The notes beneath the pieces were generated by a model. That model saw only the letters and a list, made by a program, of their open reading frames with translations, was not told the origin of the DNA and did no database searches. A stretch of DNA of 64,000 nucleotides from Candidatus Staskawiczbacteria bacterium RIFOXYB1_FULL_38_37 (GTDB lineage Bacteria; Patescibacteriota; Minisyncoccia; Minisyncoccales; Staskawiczbacteraceae): contig MHPK01000004.1 in assembly GCA_001822075.1 (NCBI GenBank), positions 7,979 to 71,978 of the forward strand. The letters are read 5' to 3'. Positions 1 to 8,540 of the stretch are shown piece by piece. Position numbers and translations under genes: made by a program. The stretch's first letter is position 1; each line of letters opens with the position of its first letter.

Positions 1-856
1 CTGCCCTTTCTTGCTGTATCATTTGCCAAAAGGTGTTTGATGTAGACACAATCCTGGAAAAAGCAGGGGCTGACCATATATTGTTGTTGTAAATGGGAAC
101 TGGCTGGTAGCTTGCCCTTTCAGGATTTTCTTCTGTTAAATAATGCCATGCAAGGCAGGCAAAATACTGGCTGTAAACTTTTGTGTCAATATCAAAAATA
201 GAAACCAAAATGTTTTTATAAGGAATTTTTAATTCGTCAACAAGCTTTTTTACCTCTCTGCCAGCATGCGCCACATTTGAGCCCTTGCCCCCAATCTCGC
301 CTGAAACATTATCTGGGTGCGCAGTAAGCAAAAATTTATAAAACTTGCCAGTATATTCTTTTTCAATTTCTTTTGCAATTTTTTTAGCATTGTCTCCCGC
401 TCTCGCCTCTATGGCCAAAACCACCATTATTTTTTCTTTTGGATAATTTGCAGATTCCAAAGCATCTAAACTTTCTTTTATTATTTGTTTTGACTCCTTG
501 TAACTGGGCAGAATAACTATGTGGTAAACATCTTTCCATGTTATGCCGAGAGAGGATGAGGGCTTTAGTTTTTTAAGCTCTTTTAGCCAGTCTTTTTTCA
601 AATAACTTTTTATCTTAAAATATCCTATAATCTGATGCAAAGAAAAATATATTATCCTAAAAAGATAATAAAAGCAAAAGCATATAATAAAAATTGCAGC
701 CCATGAAGGAAGCAGCCACGAAAGAAGAAAAACTAAAAAAATAGTGCCCAGGCTCAGAATTCCGGGCAAAGTTTCGAATATCCGATAAACTCTTCTTTCT
801 TTTGGATTTTTTAAATCGCTTGCTTTTGAAATATCTAAGTAATCTTTTTTATCCAT
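1..856 (-). CDS. Glycosyltransferase family 2-like membrane protein, 5' part (gene runs off left edge)
   Basis: Not in ORF track because there is no stop in the window. Reverse translation from ATG at 856 gives MDKKDYLDISKASDLKNPKERRVYRIFETLPGILSLGTIFLVFLLSWLLPSWAAIFIICF... then ...TWKDVYHIVILPSYKESKQII. This is TM helices followed by a GT2-type core. Confidence 0.6.
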   Translation of the reverse strand, partial: MDKKDYLDISKASDLKNPKERRVYRIFETLPGILSLGTIFLVFLLSWLLPSWAAIFIICFCFYYLFRIIYFSLHQIIGYFKIKSYLKKDWLKELKKLKPSSSLGITWKDVYHIVILPSYKESKQIIKESLDALESANYPKEKIMVVLAIEARAGDNAKKIAKEIEKEYTGKFYKFLLTAHPDNVSGEIGGKGSNVAHAGREVKKLVDELKIPYKNILVSIFDIDTKVYSQYFACLAWHYLTEENPERASYQPVPIYNNNIWSAPAFSRIVSTSNTFWQMIQQERA

Positions 857-868
857 CTTTTTATTAGG

Positions 869-946
869 TGGTGGCCCCAACCGGATTTGAACCGGTGTTC
901 TTGGCTTGAAAAGCCAGTGTACTAAACCAGGCTATACGATGGGGCC
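869..946 (-). tRNA. tRNA-Glu (anticodon UUC), CCA encoded
   Basis: Reverse complement folds as a cloverleaf: acceptor GGCCCCA/TGGGGCC, anticodon loop TTTTCAA, T-arm CCGGTTCAAATCCGG. Confidence 0.85.
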
Positions 947-1013
947 AATTATAAATTTAAATTCACTTTACCTTAAAAATTGAAATTTTTCAAGTTTTTG
1001 GTATAATTTATTC

Positions 1014-2237
1014 ATGAAAATTTTAGCAATAGAAACTTCGTGCGACGACACGGGAATTGCAATTTTGGAGGTAAAAGGAGATAAAAAATCTCCTATTTTT
1101 AACGTGCTTTCAAATATAGTTTCTTCACAGATTGAAGTTCACAAAAAATATGGCGGAGTATACCCAGCTTTGGCTAAACGTGAGCATCAAAAAAACCTTG
1201 TACCTGCATTAAAATTAGCTTTGCGTAAGGCGAGAATGCTGGAAATTTTTAATTTTCAATTTTCAATTTTCAATCAATTTTCAATGACTAAATTTTCAAA
1301 AGTGAAAACAATTTTAGAGCGAGAACCGGAGCTGGAGAAAAAACTTGCGCCATTTTTGCAAAAATATGAAAAACCGGACATTGATTTGATTGCTGTAACA
1401 AACGGGCCTGGTTTAGAGCCTTGTTTATGGGTTGGAGTTAATTTTGCCAGAGCTTTATCTTATTTTTGGGATATTCCAATTGTGCCTGTAAATCATATTG
1501 AGGGCCATATTCTTGTAAATTTTTTTCAGAATAAAAATATTGAATTCCCTTCTATTGCATTAGTTGTTTCCGGCGGACACACGCAAATAATTTTAATGGA
1601 AAAAATTGGAAAGTATAAAATTTTAGGAGAAACAAGAGATGATGCAGCCGGCGAGTGCTTTGACAAATGCGCTAAAATTTTAGGGCTTAACTATCCCGGC
1701 GGGCCAGCTGTCGCCGCCATGGCAAAAAAATTCGAAATTCGAAAGAACCCTACGGGGAATCCGCCAGCGGGCGTCAAATCGAAATTCGAAATTCGTTTGC
1801 CCAGGCCCATGATAAATACAAAGGACTATGATTTTAGTTTTTCAGGATTAAAAACAGCAGTGCTTTATGCTTGGCAAAAAATAGAACTAACTCTTAACTC
1901 GAACGACCGCTCGGAAAGAGAGTTAGCGCAAAAACAAATGTCAGCTGAAATCCAGCAGGCTGTAATTGACGTTTTGCTTAAAAAAACCTTGAAAGCCGCA
2001 AAAAATTATAATGCAAAATCTCTGATTTTGGGCGGAGGAGTTTCAGCCAACAAAGAATTACGTCGGCAATTTAAACAAACGTTTAATAACTCAACAGCTG
2101 TTGAGTTATTCATTCCGCCACCAGACCTTTCAACAGACAACGCTTTAATGACAGCTGTTGCGGGTTATTTTAGATGCAAAAACAGCAAAACAGGCAACTG
2201 GAAAAATCTGAAAGCTAAAGCAAATCTGCGAATTTAA
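1014..2237 (+). CDS. tsaD: tRNA N6-adenosine threonylcarbamoyltransferase TsaD, carrying two repeat-derived in-frame insertions
   Basis: Motifs GPGLEPCLWVG, VNHIEGHIL, VSGGHTQI, GETRDDAAGECFDKCAKILGLNYPGGP. At 407 aa it is longer than usual because of the segments FNFQFSIFNQFS and FEIRKNPTGNPPAGVKSKFEIR. Confidence 0.9.
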   Translation: MKILAIETSCDDTGIAILEVKGDKKSPIFNVLSNIVSSQIEVHKKYGGVYPALAKREHQKNLVPALKLALRKARMLEIFNFQFSIFNQFSMTKFSKVKTILEREPELEKKLAPFLQKYEKPDIDLIAVTNGPGLEPCLWVGVNFARALSYFWDIPIVPVNHIEGHILVNFFQNKNIEFPSIALVVSGGHTQIILMEKIGKYKILGETRDDAAGECFDKCAKILGLNYPGGPAVAAMAKKFEIRKNPTGNPPAGVKSKFEIRLPRPMINTKDYDFSFSGLKTAVLYAWQKIELTLNSNDRSERELAQKQMSAEIQQAVIDVLLKKTLKAAKNYNAKSLILGGGVSANKELRRQFKQTFNNSTAVELFIPPPDLSTDNALMTAVAGYFRCKNSKTGNWKNLKAKANLRI

Positions 2238-2329
2238 TTTGCTGCTGAATTTGCTGCTGAGCTTGCTCAGCAGCAAAAAAAAGCAGAGCAAATCATTTGT
2301 TCTGCAAAAGCCCGCTGGGCCTATATTTT

Positions 2330-2875
2330 TTAAAAGGACTCTAAGTTGCCAGAATTTATGTCCGAAAGAAAACAGACAAGGTAAAATGCGCCGCCAGAAA
2401 CAAAGAGCAATGTTGCAATTCCCGGATTCGGCAAAAGCCATACGCAAAACACGGAAGCTGAAGCTGTTATGCCAGAATATGGCAAGCGCAAAATTCCATT
2501 CCAGCTCAATTTTCCCGCGCAAGGATAGCGCGTATTTGGCTTATGCTCTTTGGCAAGACCAATCATAGCAAAGTCTGCCATAAAAAATATTGATAAAACA
2601 CAAAAAACCGACCAGTGCCGAAGTTCAAAACGATAAACAGCAACGTGCAGGAAAGCCGCCCATATCAAAGAAACTCCGACTGGGTCTCCCCATGAAAAAG
2701 TCCAAAAATCCTTCATGTAGAGGAATTTTTGATTTGTGTTCGGGATAATGGAATTCTGTTCCGGCAGGGTTTTATCAAAAAACTCTGCCAAAAACATAAG
2801 CATTATCCAAAATAAATTTCCAGCCACAGCAATAGTATAAAACGTCCAGGAAAATTTCATTTTATGCCCTTTCAA
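2330..2875 (-). CDS. Hypothetical polytopic membrane protein
   Basis: 181-aa ORF with several hydrophobic helices and no recognisable motif. Overlapping ORFs in other frames are shorter and low-complexity. Confidence 0.45.
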   Translation of the reverse strand: MKGHKMKFSWTFYTIAVAGNLFWIMLMFLAEFFDKTLPEQNSIIPNTNQKFLYMKDFWTFSWGDPVGVSLIWAAFLHVAVYRFELRHWSVFCVLSIFFMADFAMIGLAKEHKPNTRYPCAGKLSWNGILRLPYSGITASASVFCVWLLPNPGIATLLFVSGGAFYLVCFLSDINSGNLESF

Positions 2876-3018
2876 AAAATGTTGTCAAAGAGCTTCAAAA
2901 TATAAATTACAATATCACAATAAAAATATAGCGTCAACATTTACCCATCGCTAACTTTTGATTATAATAAAGTATTCGCATTTTCGCGTTATTAGCATAA
3001 AATTTGTAGATTTGTATT

Positions 3019-5103
3019 ATGCCGTACGAACCAAAAAAAGTTGAAAATAAAATTTATCAGTTCTGGGAAGAGTCTGGCTTTTTTAATCCCGATAAACTGC
3101 CCGCCCGTCATAAAAAGCCATACACTATTGTTATTCCCCCGCCGAATGTTACGGGCGAACTTCATATCGGACACGCTCTAAACGCAACAATACAGGATAT
3201 TTTGATAAGGCAGAAAAGAATGCAGGGGTTTAAAACTTTATGGCTGCCGGGAACAGACCATGCTGGAATTGCAACCCAAAATGTTGTTGAAAAAAAATTG
3301 AGGAAAGAGGGAAAAACAAGGTTTGACTTGGGCCGTGAAAAATTTATTGAAGAAGTATGGAAATGGAAAGAAGAATACGGAAATAAAATTTTAAACCAAT
3401 TTAAAAAACTTGGCTCTTCGTGTGACTGGTCAAGAACAAGGTTTACAATGGACCAGGGGTATTCTGACGCAATCAAAGAAGCTTTTTTGCATTATCATAA
3501 AAAAGGCTGGATTTATAAAGGAAAAAGAATTGTTAACTGGTGCAAAAGGTGCGCCACATCGCTTTCTGATTTAGAGCTTGAATATAAAGAAGAAAAAGGA
3601 AATTTGTGGTTTATAAAATACCCTGTTAAAGACCCGCCCGCCGGCGAGGCAGGAGGCGGATTTATCACGGTGGCAACAACAAGGCCAGAAACAATGCTGG
3701 GCGACACAGCTGTTGCTGTAAACCCAAAAGATAAAAGATATAAAAATTTAATTGGCAAAACAGCTGTCCTGCCTTTGGTAAACAGGGAAATTCCAATAAT
3801 ATCTGACATTTTAATTGATTCTAAATTCGGCACAGGGGCTGTAAAAGTAACGCCAGCCCACGACATAACCGACCAAGCAATCGGAGAAAAGCATAAATTA
3901 GAGGCAATACAAGTTATTGATGAAAAAGGAAGAATAATAAACAGTCCTGAAAAACCTGCCCGCAGCGGCTTCGCCACAGGCGATGCAGGCGGGTATAACG
4001 GATTGAAAATAGACGAAGCGAGAGAAAAAATTATTGAATATTTAAAATGCCAAAATCTTTTAGAAAAAACAGAAAATTACACCCGCCAAGTGCCAAAATG
4101 CTACAGGTGTTCAACAACAGTAGAGCTTATTCCCTCTATGCAATGGTTTTTAAAAATGTCAGAGCTGGCAAAATTAGCTGAAAAGCCTGTAAAAGCTGGA
4201 AAAATAAAATTTCACCCTAAAAATTTTGAAAAGCCATATTTTGATTGGCTAAAAAACATAAAAGATTGGTGCATTTCAAGGCAAATTTGGTGGGGCCATA
4301 AAATTCCAATAGAAGGAGAAACCGATGTTTTAGACACATGGTTTTCTGCGGCCTTGTGGCCTTTTGCAACTTTGGGCTGGCCCGAAAAAACAAAAGATTT
4401 AAAAAATTATTATCCCACTGCTGTTTTGAGCACAGCCAGAGATATTATAAATTTATGGGTTGCCAGAATGATTTTTTCCGGAATGGAATTTATGAAAGAA
4501 ATCCCCTTCAGCCATGTTTATGTGCACGCCACCGTTTTAACCCGCGACGGCCAAAGAATGTCAAAAAGCTTAGGGACAGGAATTGACCCTGTAAAATTAA
4601 TTGAGGAGTTCGGAGCTGACGCTGTAAGATTTGGGATTGCCTTCCAAATTATGGGAAACCAGGACATAAAATTTGTCACAGACAATATTTTAATGGGCAA
4701 AAAATTCTGCAATAAAATATGGAATGCTTCAAAATTTGTTGAATTAAAAAACGGAAAAGAAAAATATGACGGTAAAAAGCCTTATGCTAAAAATAAAGCT
4801 GATAAAGCAATTTTAAAATCATTGGAAAAAACAGAAAAATCAGTTAGCAAGTGCTTGGAAAATTTTGAATTCGGAAAATCAGCCCATATTTTGTATGATT
4901 TTTTCTGGCATGATTTTTGCGACAAATACATAGAAGAATCAAAAAAACAGGAATCTGAAAACACAAACAAAATTTTAATGTACGTTTTGTTGGGCTCTAT
5001 AAAGCTTTTGCACCCGTTTATGCCCTTTATAACAGAAAAAATTTACCAGCAATTGCCCCTGAAAAATAAAAAAGAGTGTATAATGATAGAAGAATGGCTT
5101 TAA
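3019..5103 (+). CDS. valS: Valine--tRNA ligase (short form lacking C-terminal coiled coil)
   Basis: PPPNVTGELHIGHALN (HIGH), KMSKSLGTG (KMSKS), VATTRPETMLGDTAVAVNPKDKRY. Confidence 0.9.
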   Translation: MPYEPKKVENKIYQFWEESGFFNPDKLPARHKKPYTIVIPPPNVTGELHIGHALNATIQDILIRQKRMQGFKTLWLPGTDHAGIATQNVVEKKLRKEGKTRFDLGREKFIEEVWKWKEEYGNKILNQFKKLGSSCDWSRTRFTMDQGYSDAIKEAFLHYHKKGWIYKGKRIVNWCKRCATSLSDLELEYKEEKGNLWFIKYPVKDPPAGEAGGGFITVATTRPETMLGDTAVAVNPKDKRYKNLIGKTAVLPLVNREIPIISDILIDSKFGTGAVKVTPAHDITDQAIGEKHKLEAIQVIDEKGRIINSPEKPARSGFATGDAGGYNGLKIDEAREKIIEYLKCQNLLEKTENYTRQVPKCYRCSTTVELIPSMQWFLKMSELAKLAEKPVKAGKIKFHPKNFEKPYFDWLKNIKDWCISRQIWWGHKIPIEGETDVLDTWFSAALWPFATLGWPEKTKDLKNYYPTAVLSTARDIINLWVARMIFSGMEFMKEIPFSHVYVHATVLTRDGQRMSKSLGTGIDPVKLIEEFGADAVRFGIAFQIMGNQDIKFVTDNILMGKKFCNKIWNASKFVELKNGKEKYDGKKPYAKNKADKAILKSLEKTEKSVSKCLENFEFGKSAHILYDFFWHDFCDKYIEESKKQESENTNKILMYVLLGSIKLLHPFMPFITEKIYQQLPLKNKKECIMIEEWL

Positions 5104-5107
5104 AAAA

Positions 5108-5911
5108 ATGGACTTCATTATAATTTTATATATTATTTTAGGCATACTGCCGAGCTTAGTCTGGCTTCTGTATTATTTGAGAAAAGACGCGCACCCAGAG
5201 CCCAGAAGAATGATTTTAGCTGTATTTTTTTGGGGAGCTTTGTCAACCATCCCTGTGCTTTTTCTGCAATTGGGGCTTAACAAAATTTTAGATTTTTCTT
5301 TAAAAAATCTCCAGCTTCCAGCATTAGAAAAAATTCTTGACTTATCATGGAGCTCGCTTAACCCGTCTTATTTGGCTGTTGCTTTAATATATTGGTTTTT
5401 GATAATAAGCTTTTCAGAAGAGCTGTTTAAATACCTTGTAATAAGAATAAAAGTCGTTGGCAGCCAGCACTTAGACGAGCCATTAGACGTAATGCTTTAT
5501 ATGGTGGTAGCTGCCTTGGGATTTACTGCTGTAGAAAACATTCTTTATCTATTTTTGCCTGCCAGCCAGCTTTCTCTGGAGCTTTTGATAAACAGAAGCC
5601 TTGTTATAAGTTTTACAAGGTTTATAGGAGCCACTTTTTTGCACACTCTGTGCTCAGCCACTGTGGGATATTACATGGCTCTTTCTTTATGCCGGACAAA
5701 AAATAAAGCAATGTACATTTTTAGCGGAATGTTTATAGCTGTGGCCTTGCATGGTTTGTATGATTTTTCTATAATGACATTAGAGGGCAGTTTAAAAATT
5801 GCTCTGCCGGCTGCAATTTTAATAATACTTGCCTTTCTTGTATTCTCGGAATTTGAAAAGCTTAAAAAATTAAAGAGCGTTTGTCAATTAAGCAAAAAAT
5901 TAAAAAAATAA
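5108..5911 (+). CDS. PrsW-family intramembrane protease
   Basis: Polytopic protein with SEELFKYLV and ALHGLYDF motifs typical of the PrsW family. Confidence 0.65.
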   Translation: MDFIIILYIILGILPSLVWLLYYLRKDAHPEPRRMILAVFFWGALSTIPVLFLQLGLNKILDFSLKNLQLPALEKILDLSWSSLNPSYLAVALIYWFLIISFSEELFKYLVIRIKVVGSQHLDEPLDVMLYMVVAALGFTAVENILYLFLPASQLSLELLINRSLVISFTRFIGATFLHTLCSATVGYYMALSLCRTKNKAMYIFSGMFIAVALHGLYDFSIMTLEGSLKIALPAAILIILAFLVFSEFEKLKKLKSVCQLSKKLKK

Positions 5912-5917
5912 AAATCT

Positions 5918-6343
5918 ATGGTAAACAAACCAAGAACTAAGAGTGCGGCTGCGCAAACATTGGAAATTGAAGAAGAAAAAGAAGCGCCATCTGAACCTGC
6001 AATTTTTGACCAAGAGGGAGAGCTGGTGATTGATGTTTTTGAAACAGACGTTGATTTTGTTGTTTTAGCTGCCATAGCTGGCATTCAAATTAAAGACATA
6101 GACATATCTTTAGAAAAAGATATGATGGTTATAAAAGGCAGCAGGCCAGACCCCCATGAAAATTCTAACAAAAAATACTTTTACCAGGAGTGCTATTGGG
6201 GCCCGTTTTCAAGAAAAATAGTTTTGCCTGAAAACATTGATATTGATAAAGCTGACGCTCAAATGGACAAAGGGGTTTTAAGCATTAAAATTCCAAAAAT
6301 AGAGAACAACGGAAGAAACAAACTGGGAGTAAAAATATCGTAA
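5918..6343 (+). CDS. Hsp20/alpha-crystallin small heat-shock protein
   Basis: Alpha-crystallin domain pattern: VIDVFETDVDFVVLAAIAGIQIKDIDISLEKDMMVIKGSR...GVLSIKIPK. Confidence 0.8.
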   Translation: MVNKPRTKSAAAQTLEIEEEKEAPSEPAIFDQEGELVIDVFETDVDFVVLAAIAGIQIKDIDISLEKDMMVIKGSRPDPHENSNKKYFYQECYWGPFSRKIVLPENIDIDKADAQMDKGVLSIKIPKIENNGRNKLGVKIS

Positions 6344-6363
6344 AATAACAGCAAAAACATAAA

Positions 6364-6390
6364 AAGCTCTTCATTGTGAAGAGTTTTTTA
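6364..6390 (+). terminator. Rho-independent terminator after hsp20
   Basis: Stem CTCTTC/GAAGAG with loop ATTGT, followed by TTTTTT. Confidence 0.6.
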
Positions 6391-6398
6391 TGTTTTTG

Positions 6399-6480
6399 TG
6401 CGGACGGTGGGAGTCGAACCCACAAGCCTTACGGCATACGGTCCTAAGCCGTACACGTTTGCCAGTTTCGTCACGTCCGC
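6399..6480 (-). tRNA. tRNA-Leu (anticodon UAG), long variable arm
   Basis: Reverse complement: acceptor GCGGACG/CGTCCGC, anticodon stem TACGG/CCGTA with loop CTTAGGA, T-arm GTGGGTTCGACTCCCAC. Confidence 0.85.
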
Positions 6481-7097
6481 AAATATTTTTTTGCAAATAA
6501 AAATTTACGACTAAGTGAGGATGGGAAATTTTTATAATAAATTCTATTCAATAAATTTATTGAATCGGCCATCGCGTATTCAAGAATATAACAACGTGTA
6601 GCAGTTTTTAAATATCCTTTTACTTTAAATGGCTCATTCATTCTCTTTATCCAGATAAGAAAATTTTTGCTTGCGGAACAAATTCTTATTCTAAGTTGAG
6701 GGTTTTTACTTTCTGGATGTTTGAACGCTCTAATATTGCCATCTCCATCGATACATCCTCTTAAAAAATCGAGAAAATAATCCTTTGGTATTTTTAATAC
6801 TCCTATTGTTTTTGACTTATGGGGCGTTAAACCAATGTCTAATAAAAATTTATAAAAAGCGACATCGCCAAATTGAATACGAAAATATTTCTTTTCTTTT
6901 TCCCCGCCTCTCGCTTTCTTTGAAATTTTATTTTGTAAGTTTAGATAATTTTTAAAAATTTCAACTAAATCCAGATCTTTAGAGGTAAATTCCATATGAT
7001 GCCCGTCAATAGAAAGATTACCATCGGTTGCCATTAATCCGATTACATAAGCAAACTTTGAAGACCACAAAATTTTTACTTTATTAAGGGGTCGCAT
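6471..7097 (-). CDS. LAGLIDADG homing endonuclease, double-motif, free-standing
   Basis: Two motifs, YVIGLMATDGNL and FLRGCIDGDGNI. The last 10 nt including the stop overlap the 5' end of tRNA-Leu(UAG). Confidence 0.8.
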   Translation of the reverse strand: MRPLNKVKILWSSKFAYVIGLMATDGNLSIDGHHMEFTSKDLDLVEIFKNYLNLQNKISKKARGGEKEKKYFRIQFGDVAFYKFLLDIGLTPHKSKTIGVLKIPKDYFLDFLRGCIDGDGNIRAFKHPESKNPQLRIRICSASKNFLIWIKRMNEPFKVKGYLKTATRCYILEYAMADSINLLNRIYYKNFPSSLSRKFLFAKKYLRT

Positions 7098-7233
7098 AAA
7101 ACGCTTTATCTAAAATCTTTTTTGTTTCGCCATACCCGCATTCAATTCCTTGCTGCCGGCAGACAGGCGCCACAAGAGCAATTTTTATAATTTATTATAT
7201 ATTTATCGTAAAATATAATTAGTTCACTCGCTC

Positions 7234-7261
7234 GAAAAAAGGAAAATTGTTTCCTTTTTTC
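7234..7261. terminator. Perfect 12-bp palindromic hairpin (bidirectional terminator candidate)
   Basis: GAAAAAAGGAAA-attg-TTTCCTTTTTTC, located downstream of the minus-strand pilin-like array. Confidence 0.5.
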
Positions 7262-7363
7262 TCACTCATTGCCAATTATAACACAAAAGCCAAGCTTTTT
7301 CCAGCTCAGCTAAATATAACAAAATCAGTATAAGCCCAGCATAACACTACCTTTGTTAAAATC

Positions 7364-7681
7364 TTACTTGCCCTGAAAAATATTACCTAAAATTCCCTTT
7401 AGTGATTCGTAGCCTGAATTCGCTAAAATTATTAATATCGTTCCTATTACTGCGGCAATTAAGGCTTTTTTAGCAGTTCCAGTTTTTTCAGGACTTCCAG
7501 CGGAAATCAAATATAAAATACCAGCAACGACCCACCCTACAACCACTATTGCTGTTCCTATACTAAGGGCAACTGTTTTCACCCCATCGACCATTTCTGG
7601 AAGAGATTGGGTAGCACTAACAATTGTAGGAAATACCGAAACAATCGCTGTCAAAATTAAAAATAATGTTTTTTTATTCAC
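7364..7681 (-). CDS. Small secreted two-TM protein, TrbC/VirB2-like pilin family (paralog 1 of 4)
   Basis: Signal peptide, hydrophobic helix, loop SAGSPEKTGTAKKAL, second helix. The GTG start lies inside the tctaacgggg repeat. Confidence 0.6.
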   Translation of the reverse strand: MNKKTLFLILTAIVSVFPTIVSATQSLPEMVDGVKTVALSIGTAIVVVGWVVAGILYLISAGSPEKTGTAKKALIAAVIGTILIILANSGYESLKGILGNIFQGK

Positions 7682-7789
7682 CCCGTTAGAGGTATGTCTT
7701 TATATAACTAAAATAGTTATTTTCAGACAACCTATTTATTATATTATGAAGTCCCGTTTTGCCAGCGCAGAAGGAGCTCTAACGGGGTT
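7678..7789. repeat. ~110-bp intergenic element bounded by inverted tctaacgggg termini (copy 1)
   Basis: tcaccccgttagag at 7678 and ctctaacggggtt at 7777. The interior is related to the copy at 56842..56943. Confidence 0.6.
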
Positions 7790-7805
7790 CATGTGTTTAT
7801 TTTTA

Positions 7806-8114
7806 TCAAACGCCTCTGAATATGGCGTTTTCAATTATACTGGCAGCTGAAAATGCTAAAATAATTATTACTGTCCCTCCTATAGATGTAAACAAAGCAG
7901 TTTTTGCGGTTTTTAACTTACCTGGATCGCCCTGGGCCGCCAAAAACAAAACACCAGTGATAACCCAAAGTATTATTACTATTATGGTTCCAACAGTCCA
8001 TACTACCCTTGCTACATTTTGCACCATTCCTGTAATGGTTATGCCTTGGGCCAATGCCATAGCGGGCAGAACTAAAACTCCAAGCAAAACTAAAAATAAT
8101 GTTTTTTTGTTCAT
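7806..8114 (-). CDS. TrbC/VirB2-like pilin family protein (paralog 2)
   Basis: Same architecture as paralog 1, with loop AAQGDPGKLKTAKTAL. AGGAGGGGGA RBS upstream. Confidence 0.6.
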   Translation of the reverse strand: MNKKTLFLVLLGVLVLPAMALAQGITITGMVQNVARVVWTVGTIIVIILWVITGVLFLAAQGDPGKLKTAKTALFTSIGGTVIIILAFSAASIIENAIFRGV

Positions 8115-8173
8115 CTTTATTCGTCCCCCTCCTAAAAGGAGGGAGACGATTATTTATCTAAAAACTAAACTTA

Positions 8174-8482
8174 TTAAAGCGCGCTTTCTATTATTGCTAC
8201 TATCGAATACGCAATAATACCCACAACAATTCCAACCACTCCCCACAAGAATGCAGTTCTTGCCAACGCTATTTTTTCAGGGTTTCCGGCTGCTGAAAGG
8301 AATAATATGCCAGAAATAACAAAAGCTATTAATGCAATCAATCCAAATATTGTCCAAAGAGGCCTTTTTATGGCATCTACCAATCCTTCGATACTGCCTA
8401 TAGTTACGCTTGGCTGGGCAAAAGCCACAACTGGCAAAGCCACTAAGGTTAAAAGAATTAAACTTGCTATAATTTTTTTCAT
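8174..8482 (-). CDS. TrbC/VirB2-like pilin family protein (paralog 3)
   Basis: Same architecture, with loop SAAGNPEKIALARTAF. Confidence 0.6.
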   Translation of the reverse strand: MKKIIASLILLTLVALPVVAFAQPSVTIGSIEGLVDAIKRPLWTIFGLIALIAFVISGILFLSAAGNPEKIALARTAFLWGVVGIVVGIIAYSIVAIIESAL

Positions 8483-8540
8483 TTTTATTTTATAGTTAAA
8501 ATTCGATTTAAATTAATCGACCTTTTAAAAATATTATTTG

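Noticed and set aside
2239-2568. 109-aa plus-strand ORF and 2145..2522 minus-strand ORF after tsaD
   Set aside because: Both are basic, low-complexity frames overlapping the more hydrophobic, longer membrane ORF 2330..2875. None is strongly supported.
3654-3669. 16-mer aggcggatttatcacg shared by valS and 31257..31272 as proof of element identity
   Set aside because: I kept it only as a supporting remark. A single 16-mer match in 64 kb on both strands is not far from chance expectation, and part of it may be native valS sequence.
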